Source: Azolla caroliniana
Lineage: Eukaryota; Plantae; Polypodiophyta
Direction of reading: 5' to 3'
Length of the DNA: 64,000 bases
Assembly: GCA_043228905.1 (NCBI GenBank)
Contig: JBHGNT010000001.1
Location: 35,216,001-35,280,000 of the forward strand
Under the pieces are notes generated by a model. It was not told the origin of the DNA and searched no databases. It saw only the letters and a list, made by a program, of their open reading frames with translations. Positions 13,574-27,460 of the stretch are shown here, one piece after another (position 1 is the first letter of the stretch; the number at the start of each line of letters is the position of its first letter). Position numbers and translations under genes: made by a program.

Positions 13574-16500
13574 TTATCTTCTGTAGTTTTTTTCCTTATA
13601 ATTTGTTCGCTTTGATGTCTTAAAGTTTGTTTTCGCCTTCAGCTTCTTAAAATTCGTTGTTTTCTGCAAACAGAGTAGAAAAAACTTTCAATTGCATATG
13701 ACCAAATTCCATCATCCTTAAAAACATCTAACAAGAGGGACACGTGTGCCATTACACAATCACCTCCACATGTAGAGACATACATATTTTAGCACTCATA
13801 AGACATCGTTTCAACTTATCTTCCCAACTTTATGAAAACATACAATAGACCAGGCTATATTATAGAGTTAAAAACTAGATCACCGTAACTGCAAATATAA
13901 GCTATACACTACACGAGAATTACATGTATTATTTCCTGATTCTTCAATAAGAATAATTTATATGGATGGTGCAATATATGTGTCTACATATTTATTGAAT
14001 CGAAAGTAGGATGGACTCTATAGCGTGTTGTACATATAAAGTAGATGAAATACCTTATAAGTATCAACAAATACAAAGTAAATGAAACAAAAAATGTTTA
14101 TGAACAAAAGTATCAAACGATATCTTTAGGTTACACAATTTAAATAAATGTTCACATCATGATAATCGAAAAATCATAAGCACAAAAACCAGAAAGTAGA
14201 AAAGTATGATATAAGATATTTTGATATGGTAATCTACCTTTGGATGCCTTAGTCGTTCGTCAGATTGAGAGAAAGTTTGATCAGTTTGATGTTGTGAGCC
14301 TCTTTGTTTTTCTTCCTCCATGTTGATGAGATAAGAAACATCATCATCGAAGTCATCCAACATCCCCATCAATCTATAGTGAACAATTGCATGACTTATT
14401 TGAGTACCAAACTTGTACATACAACTAATTCCACATGAAACACCATAAATACCCGTTTCTTGATTTTTTAAGATGTTTGATTTTCTTCTTCTCAATTCTG
14501 GATAATGGAACTCTAGCAAAAAGATTCTCTTCCTGTTGCGAACGTTCTTGCAGTCGTGACAATTCTCGTGTCATCTCTTTGCTTTCAGCACCAATAAATT
14601 CTCTTATCTGAAAACCGCAAGAAAAAAAGCTTCTAGGTTAATACGCTAGGGACAAACATATAAAATAATAAGCCCATAATACATTTTAAAGTTAGGATTA
14701 CTCACTTCTTCGGGTCGACCTTCTAATTCATTAGCAAGTTCCTTCATTAAAGAGCTTCTAGAGGCTTTCCGCAAAGCTTCTTTTCGTAGGCGTGTCTCAG
14801 ACTTGTGATCTTTTGATAATCTCTCTTCATCCATGGCTGCCGGTGCTATCATAGGAGGACGATATATACCATCTTTCTCCTGTCAATTCATCTCCTTTAG
14901 AAAAACTTGAATTTGTAAATTAAAACATCCATTCTATAATGCATTGAAAACAATGAGTAACATCTACCTTCTCATTTTGGTCAATCTTCGAAACAAGCAT
15001 GTCGGGATTTGGTTTGAACAACAGATCAACATCATTGCTGCCAACAATTCCGTTGTTCTTGGATGTATCAAATGGTGTCTTAGCCATTTTCAAAAGCTTT
15101 TCGATTTGATATTGAAGTTTCTTGTCAATTGGTCGAATCTGCCCAAGGAAGGATGTAATCAATCAAAATTCTCTAAAGATGTATGCCAATTTATATAACT
15201 ATAGCTTTACCTTTTCCAAAAACATTCGTATTTCAATCATTTGAGCAATTACAGGGTGGTTTTGAACTGATCTTCCCTTTGATTTGAGAAGGATATAGAA
15301 TGTGATGCATTGGCAATAAAACATAAGCAGAAAATGTTTTGTTTCAAGGTAAGTAATGCCTTTTTCTGTTGAAAACTCCCCGTTTTTTATCTGTATAAGT
15401 GACATTAGAATGCAGACACTGATGCTCAATATAAATTGCTGGTAAGAAAGTAAAGTAACCCCCTACCTTTGTCACAAACATACTAAAATTTTGCCGTATC
15501 TCTTCCAGTCCTGATGTTGTTTCTGACAAAAGTTGAATCAATTTAGGTGCATCACTGTCATAACACAAACAATCATGTATGAGTGAGTATATATGATAAT
15601 GCAAACACAACAACTGCGATGAAGGGTTATCCCAAAGTTGCTGATGATATGGATATCTAGTTATTTGAACCAAGATCATCACAATCACTACATTGATGCA
15701 GAACACAAATATTTTGTACCATTGCACTGAGGGAATGACCTTTTTGTTTCAGATTCCTATTGTTACGTTGACAATTTCTTATTCCCTCAAGGGAGCTTCA
15801 ACACTATGAGAGTTGGATTTGGACCATATTATGTTTTTTAGGTTTTTTCTTTGGTAACTTTCTAGAATTAACAGTAGATGTTAATTGTCTCAAATACTTG
15901 TTCATTCAGCTGCCACTTTCATTTCAAAGGCTAGATTTTGGAGCCATTTTAGGGTTGAATTACTCTTCCAGAAAAACCAAGTCATCATGGTTTTTTATAA
16001 TTGGAGGGTTGGATTTTGATCATAACCTTTTCTTCTTTTTTTATTTCTCTTTAGGGAAAAATGGTGGCCACATTCAGTAAAGCACCGGTTGAATTTTTGA
16101 GCTCACAGATATTTAAGAAAGGAAGCAGGATCTGGCAACAATGTATATCCCTTTCTATTAAAGTTCTAATAAAGTTTCAATTAAATTCCTATGGCTTCAT
16201 GCATGAAAAAAAGAAGAATTTCCACCAATTAGTAAAACAAGAAAAGGAATCAGAAAATACATTTATATATACAATCTGATGGTAATGGGGTGATCAGGAA
16301 ATAGATACCCAACAGTTCATTCAATACTACAAAAGGAAAGGACCGACAATATGTAGTTTTTTCTTTTTTTTCTTTTTCTCTCTTGTTTGCATATTCACGT
16401 AATTGTTTTGATAATTGGTTAATTGTTTTGATAATTGGTTTATTATCCGTATCCTCCTGTAGCATAGAATGAATTGATTCCCTTAAGTTCTTATTATTTT

Positions 16501-16748
16501 CGCAAATGCCTATGTCAGACCTCCGGGAAGAGAGCAGGCGGATGGATTGACCATATAATTAATGAAGTAGCACGTATAATTGCTCGAAAGGGGGGTTGAT
16601 AAAGTTGGACATTTTGGGAGAAATAACGAAAACCTAGGGGCATCCGGGGAAATAAAGAAAAACTCAGAGGTGTTTTCGTGTTTTCCCATTTCCTTCCTCT
16701 GTCTTACTCATCCTCAAATGTAAACGACTTCTATGCTCTCTTAAGGTT

Positions 16749-16779
<31 letters not shown>

Positions 16780-16927
16780 AAGTATTTAGATTAAAGCTTT
16801 GCTTCAACTGCTCATCATCTAAAAAGTACCAGAAAGAGCGAGCACGAGTGAGTGAGTGAGAAAGATACCTGTTAAGAAGAGGAAGTGGAGAAAGGTCGTG
16901 ATCGTCTGTTAACTTGGAGCTTTCCAT
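13574..16927 (-). CDS. NGDN: Neuroguidin/Lcp5 (Sas10/Utp3/C1D family) SSU processome factor, ~350 aa
   Basis: Exons 16927-16869, 15554-15467, 15390-15211, 15138-14968, 14879-14706, 14607-14453, 14373-14238, 13663-13574, GT-AG and in frame (1053 nt). Motifs GITYLETKHFLL, HPVI, FLEKIRPIDKKLQYQIEKLL, KPNP, GIYRPP, RPEE. Confidence 0.9.
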
Positions 16928-17077
16928 AGCCGAGATACAAATCTGAGATAGATCTCCACAAAAAGATGAGTGAGAGAGAGAGAGTATTATATAAAACCTA
17001 TGAGGTTTTGTGTCTTCAATTTTTTTGGCTTTGGTTATATGTATGTACATACATACATACCATTAGCTCAAGCAAAA

Positions 17078-17116
17078 CACAAACCCTGGGGTTTGCTTGT
17101 GGCCCCTAGGGTTTGC
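17078..17116. promoter_or_regulatory. Telo-box and site II-like elements upstream of NGDN
   Basis: TAGGGTTT (17107-17114) next to TGGCCCC and AAACCCT, ~180 bp upstream of the ATG. This pairing is typical of plant ribosome-biogenesis promoters. Confidence 0.5.
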
Positions 17117-17119
17117 GTG

Positions 17120-17475
17120 TGCCCACTCTTGTTTCGGATCCGTGTTCCCATGGATCCGAAACAAATGTTTTCTTGTGGCCCCTCATATCAGCCCAAGAGT
17201 TTTCGGAAGAAATTGTCTTTTTGAGGATCACTGTCAATGGAACATGGATCCGAAACAAGTGTTTTCTTGTGGCCCCTCATATCAGCCCAAGAGTTTTCGG
17301 AAGAAATTGTCTTTTTGAGGATCACTGTCGATGCCCACTCTTGTTTGAGATCCGTGTTCATATGGATCAGAAACAAGAGTTTTCTTGTGGTCCCGCATAT
17401 CAAGTCCAAGAGTTTTTGGAAGAAATGGTCTTTCCAAGGATCACTGTTGGTGTCCACTCTTGTTTTGGATCCATG
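17120..17475. repeat. Tandem repeat of ~100-120-bp units (3+ copies) with internal palindrome
   Basis: Unit ...CATGGATCCGAAACAAGTGTTTTCTTGTGGCCCCTCATATCAGCCCAAGAGTTTTCGGAAGAAATTGTCTTTTTGAGGATCACTGTC is repeated. Confidence 0.9.
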
Positions 17476-18640
17476 TGCACATGGTTTGCCTGCAAATCAT
17501 GCAACCACTAACAACCTTTGTTTTCATTTGGGTCAGACTTTTGGGCCTCCATGAACTCCCGTGATCTCCTTCAATCAACCCCATTTATTTCCCCTCTCTA
17601 GTAAGAAATCACTCTGATGCTTTCTTTACTCGTGCTTGCTATACTTTCCCACGATACTTAAAAATAGTTTTTCAAGGTGTCATAGAAGCCACATCCCCAA
17701 GTGGCATGCAAACAATCTTTTATGCCCTCGATATGGCAAGTTGTATTGTCCCAGTATTGAGGGACATTCATCCACCCTAAACCCTAGTAGCCCATTGATA
17801 GTATAATTAGTAATCACATGTAATGCCGTAAGTTCTTGGATCAACTTCTTTAATTTGTCGTGCATTTTTTAAGGCATTCTCATCTTAGCGATGGGTTTTC
17901 ATTAAGATCATGTGAAAATAGCAATGCTTTCATGACCTCGATAAATTATTGAGCACTAATCAAAAGGTTTATTGAATTATTTGTCCATAAAAACACACAA
18001 TTGATTGAAGAATTTTAATTAAATTGATAAGAGATGCAACCTACTACCATTTGGCCACACACACTATGAGAGAAAGCTGTAGCCTAAATCCTAATCCCTC
18101 TGAACATTTGCCCACCCTTCACATTAGAAAGTTTAGTGGTTGTAAAAAAATGTGGTCAAGTCAACAGATGTTTTCTTTTGTGTATCAATTAATCACACAA
18201 GTCAATACGGTATTTGGATTTACTATTGACTACTAAGAACCTTTAGGTTGATACGTTAAAAGAATCAAGCAAAACATTCTACTAAGAAAATAAAAGGTTT
18301 TGCATTCCAGGAGGAATGCATCAGACAATGTCATTAGTTACTTCGCTGCAGCATGCATGTGTTATATGGTGATGATGATGGTGATCGTGAATGTAACAAA
18401 CACAAATCATCATAATGAGAAACGAGATTATTCCTTCAACAAATTATCATAAGAATTTTTTCGGTGGAAAGATTTCTTTCGAAAAGAATCAACAGATGTA
18501 TAAAATGAAGAAATTTAATGTACTAATAATGTCCAAATCTGGGGAGGGCCACGGATTAAACTTTAGAAGAGCTTTTTATATTTACAAATCCAATGGAGAC
18601 AAAATTCCTTTCTTCACTTGTAAATGGATCTTCTTTCTTT

Positions 18641-21600
18641 TTAGCTTACAACAAAATCTGCATTGTAAATGGGAACCAATTCAGAATGGGTCATTTTCGC
18701 ACGGCACAGAGGGCATTCTGGCTTTTGATTGCAACACTCGGCCACACAATCCCTGGAGGTATACAATACATTCAGCTATTAGATGATGACTTTCCAGCAT
18801 TTAGGAACCTAATTTCAAATAGCAAAGATGTGATAATTTGTAGACGATATGTTTATACCATATATGAAATATCTCGATAATTAACACTTTCAGGAGAAAC
18901 AAACAACTAAACAAAAGTTACCATGAAATAGGAATGGGCAAAAGGAGAGCACAAAAATCAAGATGATGTCCATGAGCACAGAAACTCTTACTCACCAGCA
19001 AAAGACGTGACCACAAGGAGTAGATGTAGGCCATCTCCATGGACCCAAGCACAGAGTGCATTTTCCACCCGCCCCCTGCACAGGAACCTCATCACACCCA
19101 ATCAATCAATAACATGTAGGTAATGGAGAAATTTTTCTTCCTTTTTGTCACAAAAAGATGTTCTTTAGATATTGTTTTTTGCTTAAGGCGACGCATTTCA
19201 TTAAGAATTATCAAGAAATGTTCTGCCAAATTCCATCAACCAGATTTAAAACTCATATTTTACTCTTTGTGGAATCACCTTTTTCTTACCTCGGATTTCT
19301 TATGGGACCAATAACTGTCACTAACGCCTTTCAAATTTTCATCCAAAACTCGAGCACCTTGACTACCTATTCAAATTCACCAACTCAAAACCATCATGTG
19401 CATGCAGGTCCCATATCTAAAAGTATTATTAAAGCATTCTGACCTGATGGCATGTCAAAAACTGTCGAATGAGAAATTCTAAAAAGAGACAACAAATTCT
19501 TCTGTAACCAATTTCCACCCGTTACACATAGCTGAATCAATAGAAAAACTCCAAGCATGTGGTACCTATGTTTGAAAATTTTATAGAACATTTTACAAGG
19601 CAATAAATAAAAGATAAGTTGAATACAAATTTGTTATATCATTCCTAATGTACTTGTCTAGTATTCTCAGTCTATGCATCCCGACCAACCCAAAATGTTT
19701 AGATCGATGTAAAGTATGAGGAACAGGAAAAAATTGGTGTTTGTTCATAAAAAAATTCAATAAAAATTAGCCTTATAGCCTAAGAATCAGTAATGGGGAT
19801 TCAAATCTCCCCTCACCCAACGGAAGTGTCCCTTTATTGCTTGGGAATCAATTGTCAGTGTAGATATTCAATGCCTCCCCATGGTGTCTTTAACAAGTAA
19901 AAGACCAACCTGGTTCTATTGGAAGGTGGCTTTGCCAACAAAGCATATTGGACACCGGCCACGCGTTTTGCTACATCATAATAAAGCCCTGAAGAAATTG
20001 ATATTAATGCTTATCATCCATGATCTTCAAAAAATACAGCAATGGTAAATAGTAATGGATTCTCACATATGCATATTTAAATGCCCTTTAAATAGTATAC
20101 CTTTGAAATAAAACAGCATCAAGTTAGCACGGGTTATTAATGTTAGAGCTTCCTTGATGGATGGCAGCAACTGCCAATATAATAAACACATCAGTACGAT
20201 TATCTAGCATCCAAATTTTTGCTACACCATTAAATTGCAGAAACCATAAAGAACACAAATTTTCATATATAAATTTATAGATGTACAATTTCTTACCACG
20301 GGCCAGTGCCAAAGTATTTGTTGCCAAAGAGTCCTTGGTTGTGTCTCTGGGTTGCCTTCTACAAGATTTGAAGGAATATCCATGCTTGAGAAGCTCAATC
20401 GTGAAATTTCTCGTCTTACGAATAATACATAAACACACCACATTAACAAAATAAAATCATAGGAATGAGGATTCCGTCAAATATCACTTATTGATTAATG
20501 AAGATGTTTACCTTGTCCTCTCAGCAGCATATGGAACAGCTGTTTGGAATAAAACAAGAAGTATCCGTCTAGCTGGCGTTAGAGGTAGGCCTGATTGCCC
20601 AGTCACCTGTATTTCATTAGATGCTAATGGCATTAAAAATTTTCTCTCAATAAGAGAAAGAAAAAATGATATATTCATGTCTTTTAAGAAGGCCTATCAG
20701 ACTGAAGGAGAGATTAAACCATAAAACGGTATCTAATCTTTTAACTGAAATATTACAGCTGCATATTTACTAGAGACTCTCATTAGTTAAGCACTTTAAC
20801 ATTCTGAACATAGATGAGCTGAAACATCTGCCTTCCAAAAGATCTTCAACATGGGCTGATCCAAGATAGAGAGTTCTACAAAACAAGGAAGTGCCTTCAG
20901 AGTCGGGTGATGATGGTCTTTATTTCTTCATGACATGGGTAACAAAGTTGTTGTCCAAATGGACATCACCTACATGCATGACAATTTCTATTGCCCAATC
21001 TACTGTAACCCCTTTCAAGTGCTGTGGTCAAGGAATTGTAGTTGTATCGTTGTTCCTCAACAACTATCTATGTCTCCTGAGTTCTAACAAGGACAGTCCA
21101 AACATCAGTAGTCTTCATATTCCAATACCTTGCAAGTGAGACAAAGCCTTGTTTGAAGTGACAGTGATATCTCCATATTTCATAAAAGACAGTACGATGG
21201 GAAACATATGTTCCTCCAATTCCACACCCTGATGGCACAACAGGCATCTGTTCTTCCATATATCGGTATGCATATCTTCCTATATTAACCTTCAACTGAG
21301 GTGATGAGATCTTGAGCTGTCTTATTCCATGAGATAGATATGTATTCTAATTAGAGGTCCTGATGATAAATCCATCCTACAATGTGTGTTATGAGAGGGC
21401 CGTATTGTGTCTTCCTACCAAGAGCCATTGTGGAGCTGACCCATGTTCTTTCATTATCCAATCTAAAAATATGTTCAGATCACTCTATTCTTTTCAACTT
21501 TGGGCATGTTCAGTTGTGGAAAATCGAAGCTAAGAGAGATCAACTTTAGATATGCATTAAAAAGATCAACAAAACCCTAATTTTGGACTTGTTTGCAAGA

Positions 21601-23259
21601 TAGTACAATTCCTTCAGCAGAAATACGGCCATCTTCATTCAAACAAGACAATTCCAAACATCTTTCATGCTGTGACAAAAGTTTCATCACAACAACCACG
21701 TTGACTGTTATGTGGATGGAGTTTATCCATACATTTCATTACTTGTGGATGTATCTGTTGCTTCTTCTTGTGCTACTCAAGGACCCCAATTTCATTTTCT
21801 TTTCGAGTGTGGAGACGTTCCATCCACTTTTTTTACACATCAAGCAGATGTTGCAGGATTGTATTATATCCCTTCATAGTGGTTTCTTGTATGTACTATT
21901 TAGAGACTCTAATATGATCTTTGTAACATTTGTTAAACATTGCCATATCTTCAGATATAATTATTGCCCTCCGATCGCACTTTTGTATGGTTCTGTTAAA
22001 TATATATAATTGCCAGCCACTATAACATTCATAAGCATCTAATATGTCCTACTGTTTCTGGATGCCCTCCAAACAGATGAATCCTCAATAAATACAATAT
22101 TATCAGCATATAATAACACCAGTATCGAAGTGCAGAGTAACTTTTCAGCACATAAAAGTAACCTAGACCCTAAATGTAGATAGACTTAGAACTGAAAATT
22201 ACCAGGACACTGGAACCAAAACAATTGCCTTCTTAAGGTTTCTAGTTTCAGAGAAAGCATCTTGCAAAATGACAAAATCATGCAATTTTCAGCACCTGAA
22301 CTATGTTGCTATATTCCTCGCCAAGTGTTTGAATACCTAGTCCTGTTGTAAAGGTGTAATAGAAAACTTGTCCGATAAGCTTTATCTGTAAAGGAAATGG
22401 AAACCATGCAATGAAACAACAAATAACTATTAATACTTGCAAATTAATTTACTTTGGGGATGCAAACCTCATTTTGATGCGCTGTTGCTTGGGTTGTCCC
22501 TGCAAATAAAGGCAAAAGCATTCACTCACTGGTCTTTTTTGAGAAATATAATTCTGTACTGGTTGAAATGCCAAAACCGTATCTTTTACAATAAGTCTAA
22601 AAAACCTCAATATTTCTCAGGTGCGCATTTCAGTGGTGATAGTGATAAAAGGGTTCTATTTTTTTAGCAAATTTTCATAACTTTGTAGAATAATGCCCAG
22701 TACGTTTGAAGAATATCAATAAATTCTACAGAACTCCATTTCATGGTTGTTTTGATGTTTGTATTCCGTTTAAGCCGAATTTTCCAAACTTTCCATGTGA
22801 TATGAGCTCCTATTGTTTCCCATGCTTCTTTTGGTACGCTCTTATGATAACATTAATAAAATCTAGAGTTTAATATGAAGATTTTAAACATCAACATTTT
22901 CCTAGTATCTTAATTATCCACCTATCGAACTAGCATATGACGTACTTAATCGGTAACCACATCCAAATAAACGTATGCACACATGTATGTCTACATTGAC
23001 ATATACTACACATACACATACATACTCGTATAGACACAAAACACATACATAACATGCAAACATATAGTGTTCTAGTATTGGAATGCTTGTAGGAATGAGC
23101 AAGCAATGGGATTGGATGAGGGAGTGAGAAAGGGGATTACTTACCAAAGAGGCAACGGAAAGCTTCGTGGAAAGCTTGGCATATATGGTTTAAGTAATCT
23201 GCGTCCTTCTGCTCTGCACGCATAATCTCTGGATGAGGTGCTGAAGGAAATTGCCTCAT
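18641..23259 (-). CDS. PEX10: Peroxisome biogenesis factor 10, RING E3 ligase, ~329 aa
   Basis: Exons 23259-23145, 22499-22468, 22385-22296, 20606-20512, 20414-20297 (acceptor uncertain), 20170-20101, 19988-19910, 19565-19444, 19366-19290, 19075-18996, 18752-18641. Motifs [31 protein letters not shown], and C3HC4 RING CTLC...[10 protein letters not shown]...CPLCR. Confidence 0.95.
21050..22150 (-). mobile_element. LINE retrotransposon fragment in PEX10 intron 3
   Basis: RT motif [12 protein letters not shown] (YADD-like) near 22100 and a C-terminal [13 protein letters not shown]...EEQ segment near 21250-21320. Many stops. Confidence 0.6.
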
Positions 23260-23559
23260 GTTGGCAACCTCCTCTGTTCCTACTAGTACAACTCAACAAC
23301 AGTTTCCACTCGTCATCATCACAGACACGCACGCGCACGCGGAGACTTTATTGAACAGAGTGCGATTCAGAGACGACGGAGAAAAGAAGAAGAGAAATGA
23401 ATAGAGCAATGGAAATGGAAAGCATTAAGACTCAAGAGAGCAACCTGAAGGAGGAGGAGGAGGAACAGAGGGTCTATCCATGTCAGCAAATGGAAGCAAG
23501 GCATTGCTTTGCTTTCAACCTTTCTTCTTCCCTTACAAATTACTCACCTCATAAATCAT

Positions 23560-23800
23560 ATGAGCTTATGCATGCATGTGTGTGTATGTGTTATTACATC
23601 ATAAATCATGTGAGCTTGTGTGTGTGCGTGTGTGTGTGGTACAACATGTATGTGTATGTATGTATGTATGTCTCATATCAATACATACATCCATCCATAC
23701 GTGCTTATGCATGTATGTATGTGTTATTACATCACAAATCATGTGAGCTTGTGTGTGTGTGTGTGTGGTACAATATGTATGTGTGTATGTATGTATGTCC
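23560..23800. repeat. Duplicated (GT)/(GTAT) microsatellite-rich block
   Basis: GTGTTATTACATCA.AAATCATGTGAGCTTGTGTG...GGTACAA occurs twice. Confidence 0.8.
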
Positions 23801-24099
23801 CATAACAATAATCCATCCTATCAACCATGGAAATGGTTCACTTACATCAATTCTAATAACATAAGGACGTGTTGTTCCTCGTGGAGATGGTGGGCTTGGA
23901 CATTTGTGTTCATGTGCAATACTCCTTTGGCTGAATTCCCTCACATGCACTTAGTAGTGGGTCACTTGTCGGCAAGGATCCTTTCGTCTCACTCTTTCCA
24001 AGTATGGTTGTGATTGTTGGTATGTTCCTTCTTGTCGTTGCCCCTTGTACCTCCCAATCAAGTTGTTTTTTATTGTTATAAAATATATACATTCATTGG

Positions 24100-24760
24100 T
24101 ATACATAAATACGCAGATATGTGATTCTCAAGTGATCGACGAAGGGAACAACCATCGTGGGTGGCTGAAAATGCCAAAAAGGGCTAACATCTTTGAACCA
24201 TAAAAGTGGAGTATCTTTTAAGAGAGCAAAAAACTGGAGGTGTTAAGCAAATTTAGCATTTCAATCCCCAATAAAACTATCCCACTACCCTTTCAAAGCA
24301 TGGATGATGTCTAACCAACATCATCTAACCAAATGTTACGCACCACTTCAATAGGTGAGACCCTAGCTTGACGAAAAATGTTGTTTGGAAGAGGACAAGG
24401 TTTGGTCTACGATATCTTCTTTAGTAGTTTGGGTATCGTGGAAGGCTAGATGTAAATGTGTATTTCAGAAAGTTAAAGAGAATGTGGTTGAGTTAATGAA
24501 GGAGATATGGTTAATGCTCTTACATACTCTAAGAGGTCAATATGAGGCAATAACTGGTGATCCTGAGGTTGTGATTTGTAAACAACAACAATTTCGAGAA
24601 ATTTCGAAAAAGCCAGAGGTCTTCACCTCTTTTGGAGAGAAAATAAAGTGGAGATATGCTCCACTAAGATGGTTTTTTCCACCCCCCGTCTTGGAACGAC
24701 CCTATATGAGGGCTTTTGATACTTGACACGTTGGTTGATGTGGGTATGAGGGTTATAATC
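24100..24760 (+). mobile_element. 3' fragment of an L1/Tx1-type LINE ORF2
   Basis: VWSTISSLVVWVSWKARCKCVF matches the W..W..R....F C-terminal signature of plant L1 ORF2. Confidence 0.6.
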
Positions 24761-25129
24761 TATTGTATGAATTCATTGTAGCCTTTGGGCATCTTTCCAT
24801 TAATACCAAGGTGAATCTTCATTTAAAAATTTAATAAATAAAATAAAAGATGTAGCATATGGGAGTAGTACTCAATAAATCCCATAATGGTTGGATCTCT
24901 TTATAGAATGTTTTTATATAAACCTCAATAGTTTGGTAAATCATATTTCGTAAACCATCAACGAGCTTGTTTGTGGTGAAATCATTGTTCTCTTGATAAA
25001 GTTCAATTTGCATATATTTTAAATTTAAGTTCTAGAAAACGTAATTGAAACATGCATGACCAAGGGAACATGGACAAAAGTTTGCCTTTTAGGTTCGTTG
25101 GTGGCGAAAGATTAATGAAAGAGGAAAGT

Positions 25130-25175
<46 letters not shown>

Positions 25176-27314
25176 ATAATAGTCGTTACATGGAAGATTA
25201 TGATAGAGAATGACAAGGGTCATTACACCGAAGAGGACAAGCAATTAGTTCCAAGGTTTGATAACCATCCAATTTTAAGGTCCCAAGGTGTATCTACTCT
25301 TTAGTGATTATTTTTAAAAATCCAAACACACATAAGAGATACATGTAATTTGACCTTTTACTTATTTGATGACTTTGCTTCAAAAAGGTACAATATAGTA
25401 AGCACTAAATGGTTCCTACATATCAAACCATGTATCGATCCACAATGTGAAACCACATATGGGGATGGTTCCCATTTTGTAGGTTTGAACATCGTACGCA
25501 TTTGTTCACTCCTCACATTTTATTTCGAACCTCTATCAATTGGGGACCTCTAAGAAACTCACAACAGAAGACAAATTGAAGTCATTACATGGATATTGAA
25601 ATAAAAATGCCCAAGCGAATAGAGAATATTTATTTTTTTGCATCGAAATACAACTAGAAATAATCATGGCTCCCCTTTGGACATGCCAAATACATTTAGA
25701 TACCTTATAAAGCAAAACATGCTAATAAGTGGATACATAATATATTATATTTAAAATAAAGGAGTTCATCGTTTTCACCATACAACTACACATGGAATTT
25801 AGAGTAGGCCAGATACATGGGAACTGGTGCACATATTGATCATTGTATGTGGTTTATAATGATAAGAAACTTGACAATATGGGAATAAACAATGTTTTTG
25901 AGAAAATGTCCTATCTTTTACCATTGAAAAAGAAGGCATCGTAGAAAGTAGTGGTGCAAATGGAAGTGTTGTTCCATGAAAGATTAATTGGACATCATGA
26001 GTGAGGGAAGAATGGAATAAATGTTGTTTTTCAATGTGTTGATTGCTATGATGCATGTAGGATCATAGTCATTTACAAGGTTGTATAAATGTATGAGGCC
26101 TTATGCTATCACTAACAAAGGGGATATATCTACCTCTCAAGGACCTGATGTTATTGTGTTGCTGAAAGGTAAGATTAAAGCCACTCTCCTTCCTCCTTGA
26201 CCCTCTCTCAAATAAAATTCGACATTTTTTAGGTTCATGCCTCCCTTTCTAATATCTACCCCCAAAACACAATATATAACAAATGATTTTATTGTTCTTT
26301 CCCGTCTCTTCCAATATCAATTCATTAGATAAGCCTTCTTCCAAATAGCTCAATGCTAAAGGTCTCCCTCATAGTCTTCATCTCTTTGGCCTCATCCCTA
26401 CTAAAATGTTGCGAATAAGAATTGGTTAGAACTTAAGTTGCAATTCAACTTAAAACATGTCATTGGGATCATATATTTCTCCTCGTTTTCACTCACGTGT
26501 ATATGTGTGTGTGTGTGTATGTGTGTGTGTGCACATAAATGAACATGTGCATATGCAAACATGCACATTGCCTCATATATTTGTGTATGTTATAGAAGAC
26601 TTGGTTTCAACATGGATATTGTTGTCCTCACTTCCTTTTTTGTAAACAAGCATAAAAACAAAAACAACAAATTTGTTGCATTGTAACGGTGATAACAAGG
26701 GTGACCATTGACACCTCAATCTCCTAATCCGGATGGGAAAGAAAAGTTCAACACCTAATTGTTGGATTTGCATGTTGCAAAGTATGTGTTAAGTATTCTT
26801 AAACTTTTGATCAAATTCTTCATCGTCCTCTTGCCATGCATTGAAAGTATGTGCAAGTTACTAAGCTATTGACAAAAGGTCTTACTAGGTCCAAACCCTC
26901 ATATTCATAAATCTTTGGGACACAATATATCTTCTTCGAAATTGTATGCCACGTTCATGTAACCAACGAACAACCTCACTACATCTAAATGGTTGATCTC
27001 AATCATGGCTTGATTAACTTCTCCTCTTGATCTCTCTCTTTCTTTCTCCTAGAGATGGGAATTTCAATGACGATGTAGACTTCATTGGAGAGATAAAGAG
27101 GCTTCATTGCACAAGATATAACACTAATCAAAGTGCATGTAAGGGAAATTTTATGTTTAATGTTATTAACAAAGACAATAGAATAATGTAGGGAGGACAG
27201 TTGTAAAATAAATGAATTGGTGGTAGGCAATAAGCAATTTGCATCATTCAACAAATTGATGAGGATATCAATTGAATGTTTATTATATAGAGGCTAATGG
27301 AACCCATAATTGAA

Positions 27315-27357
<43 letters not shown>

Positions 27358-27460
27358 GTAATGTCCTTTTTCCTAGATTTTTACAAGTAGAATTTAAATC
27401 TATTGATTGCATTTACATTGTCCTTATTTTGTAGGTGTGATCGCGTAAAATTAATAAAGG

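Noticed and set aside
17097-17554. Overlapping ORFs and a CRISPR-like look of palindromic repeats
   Set aside because: Whole units repeat with no unique spacers, there are no cas genes, and the context is eukaryotic.
23141-23338. ORF-track frame MRVRVC...FPLPLW as PEX10 exon 1
   Set aside because: The conserved PEX10 sequence ([19 protein letters not shown]) is in a different frame.
23397-24013. ORFs divergent from PEX10
   Set aside because: Mostly microsatellite-derived CV/YV runs with no domain.
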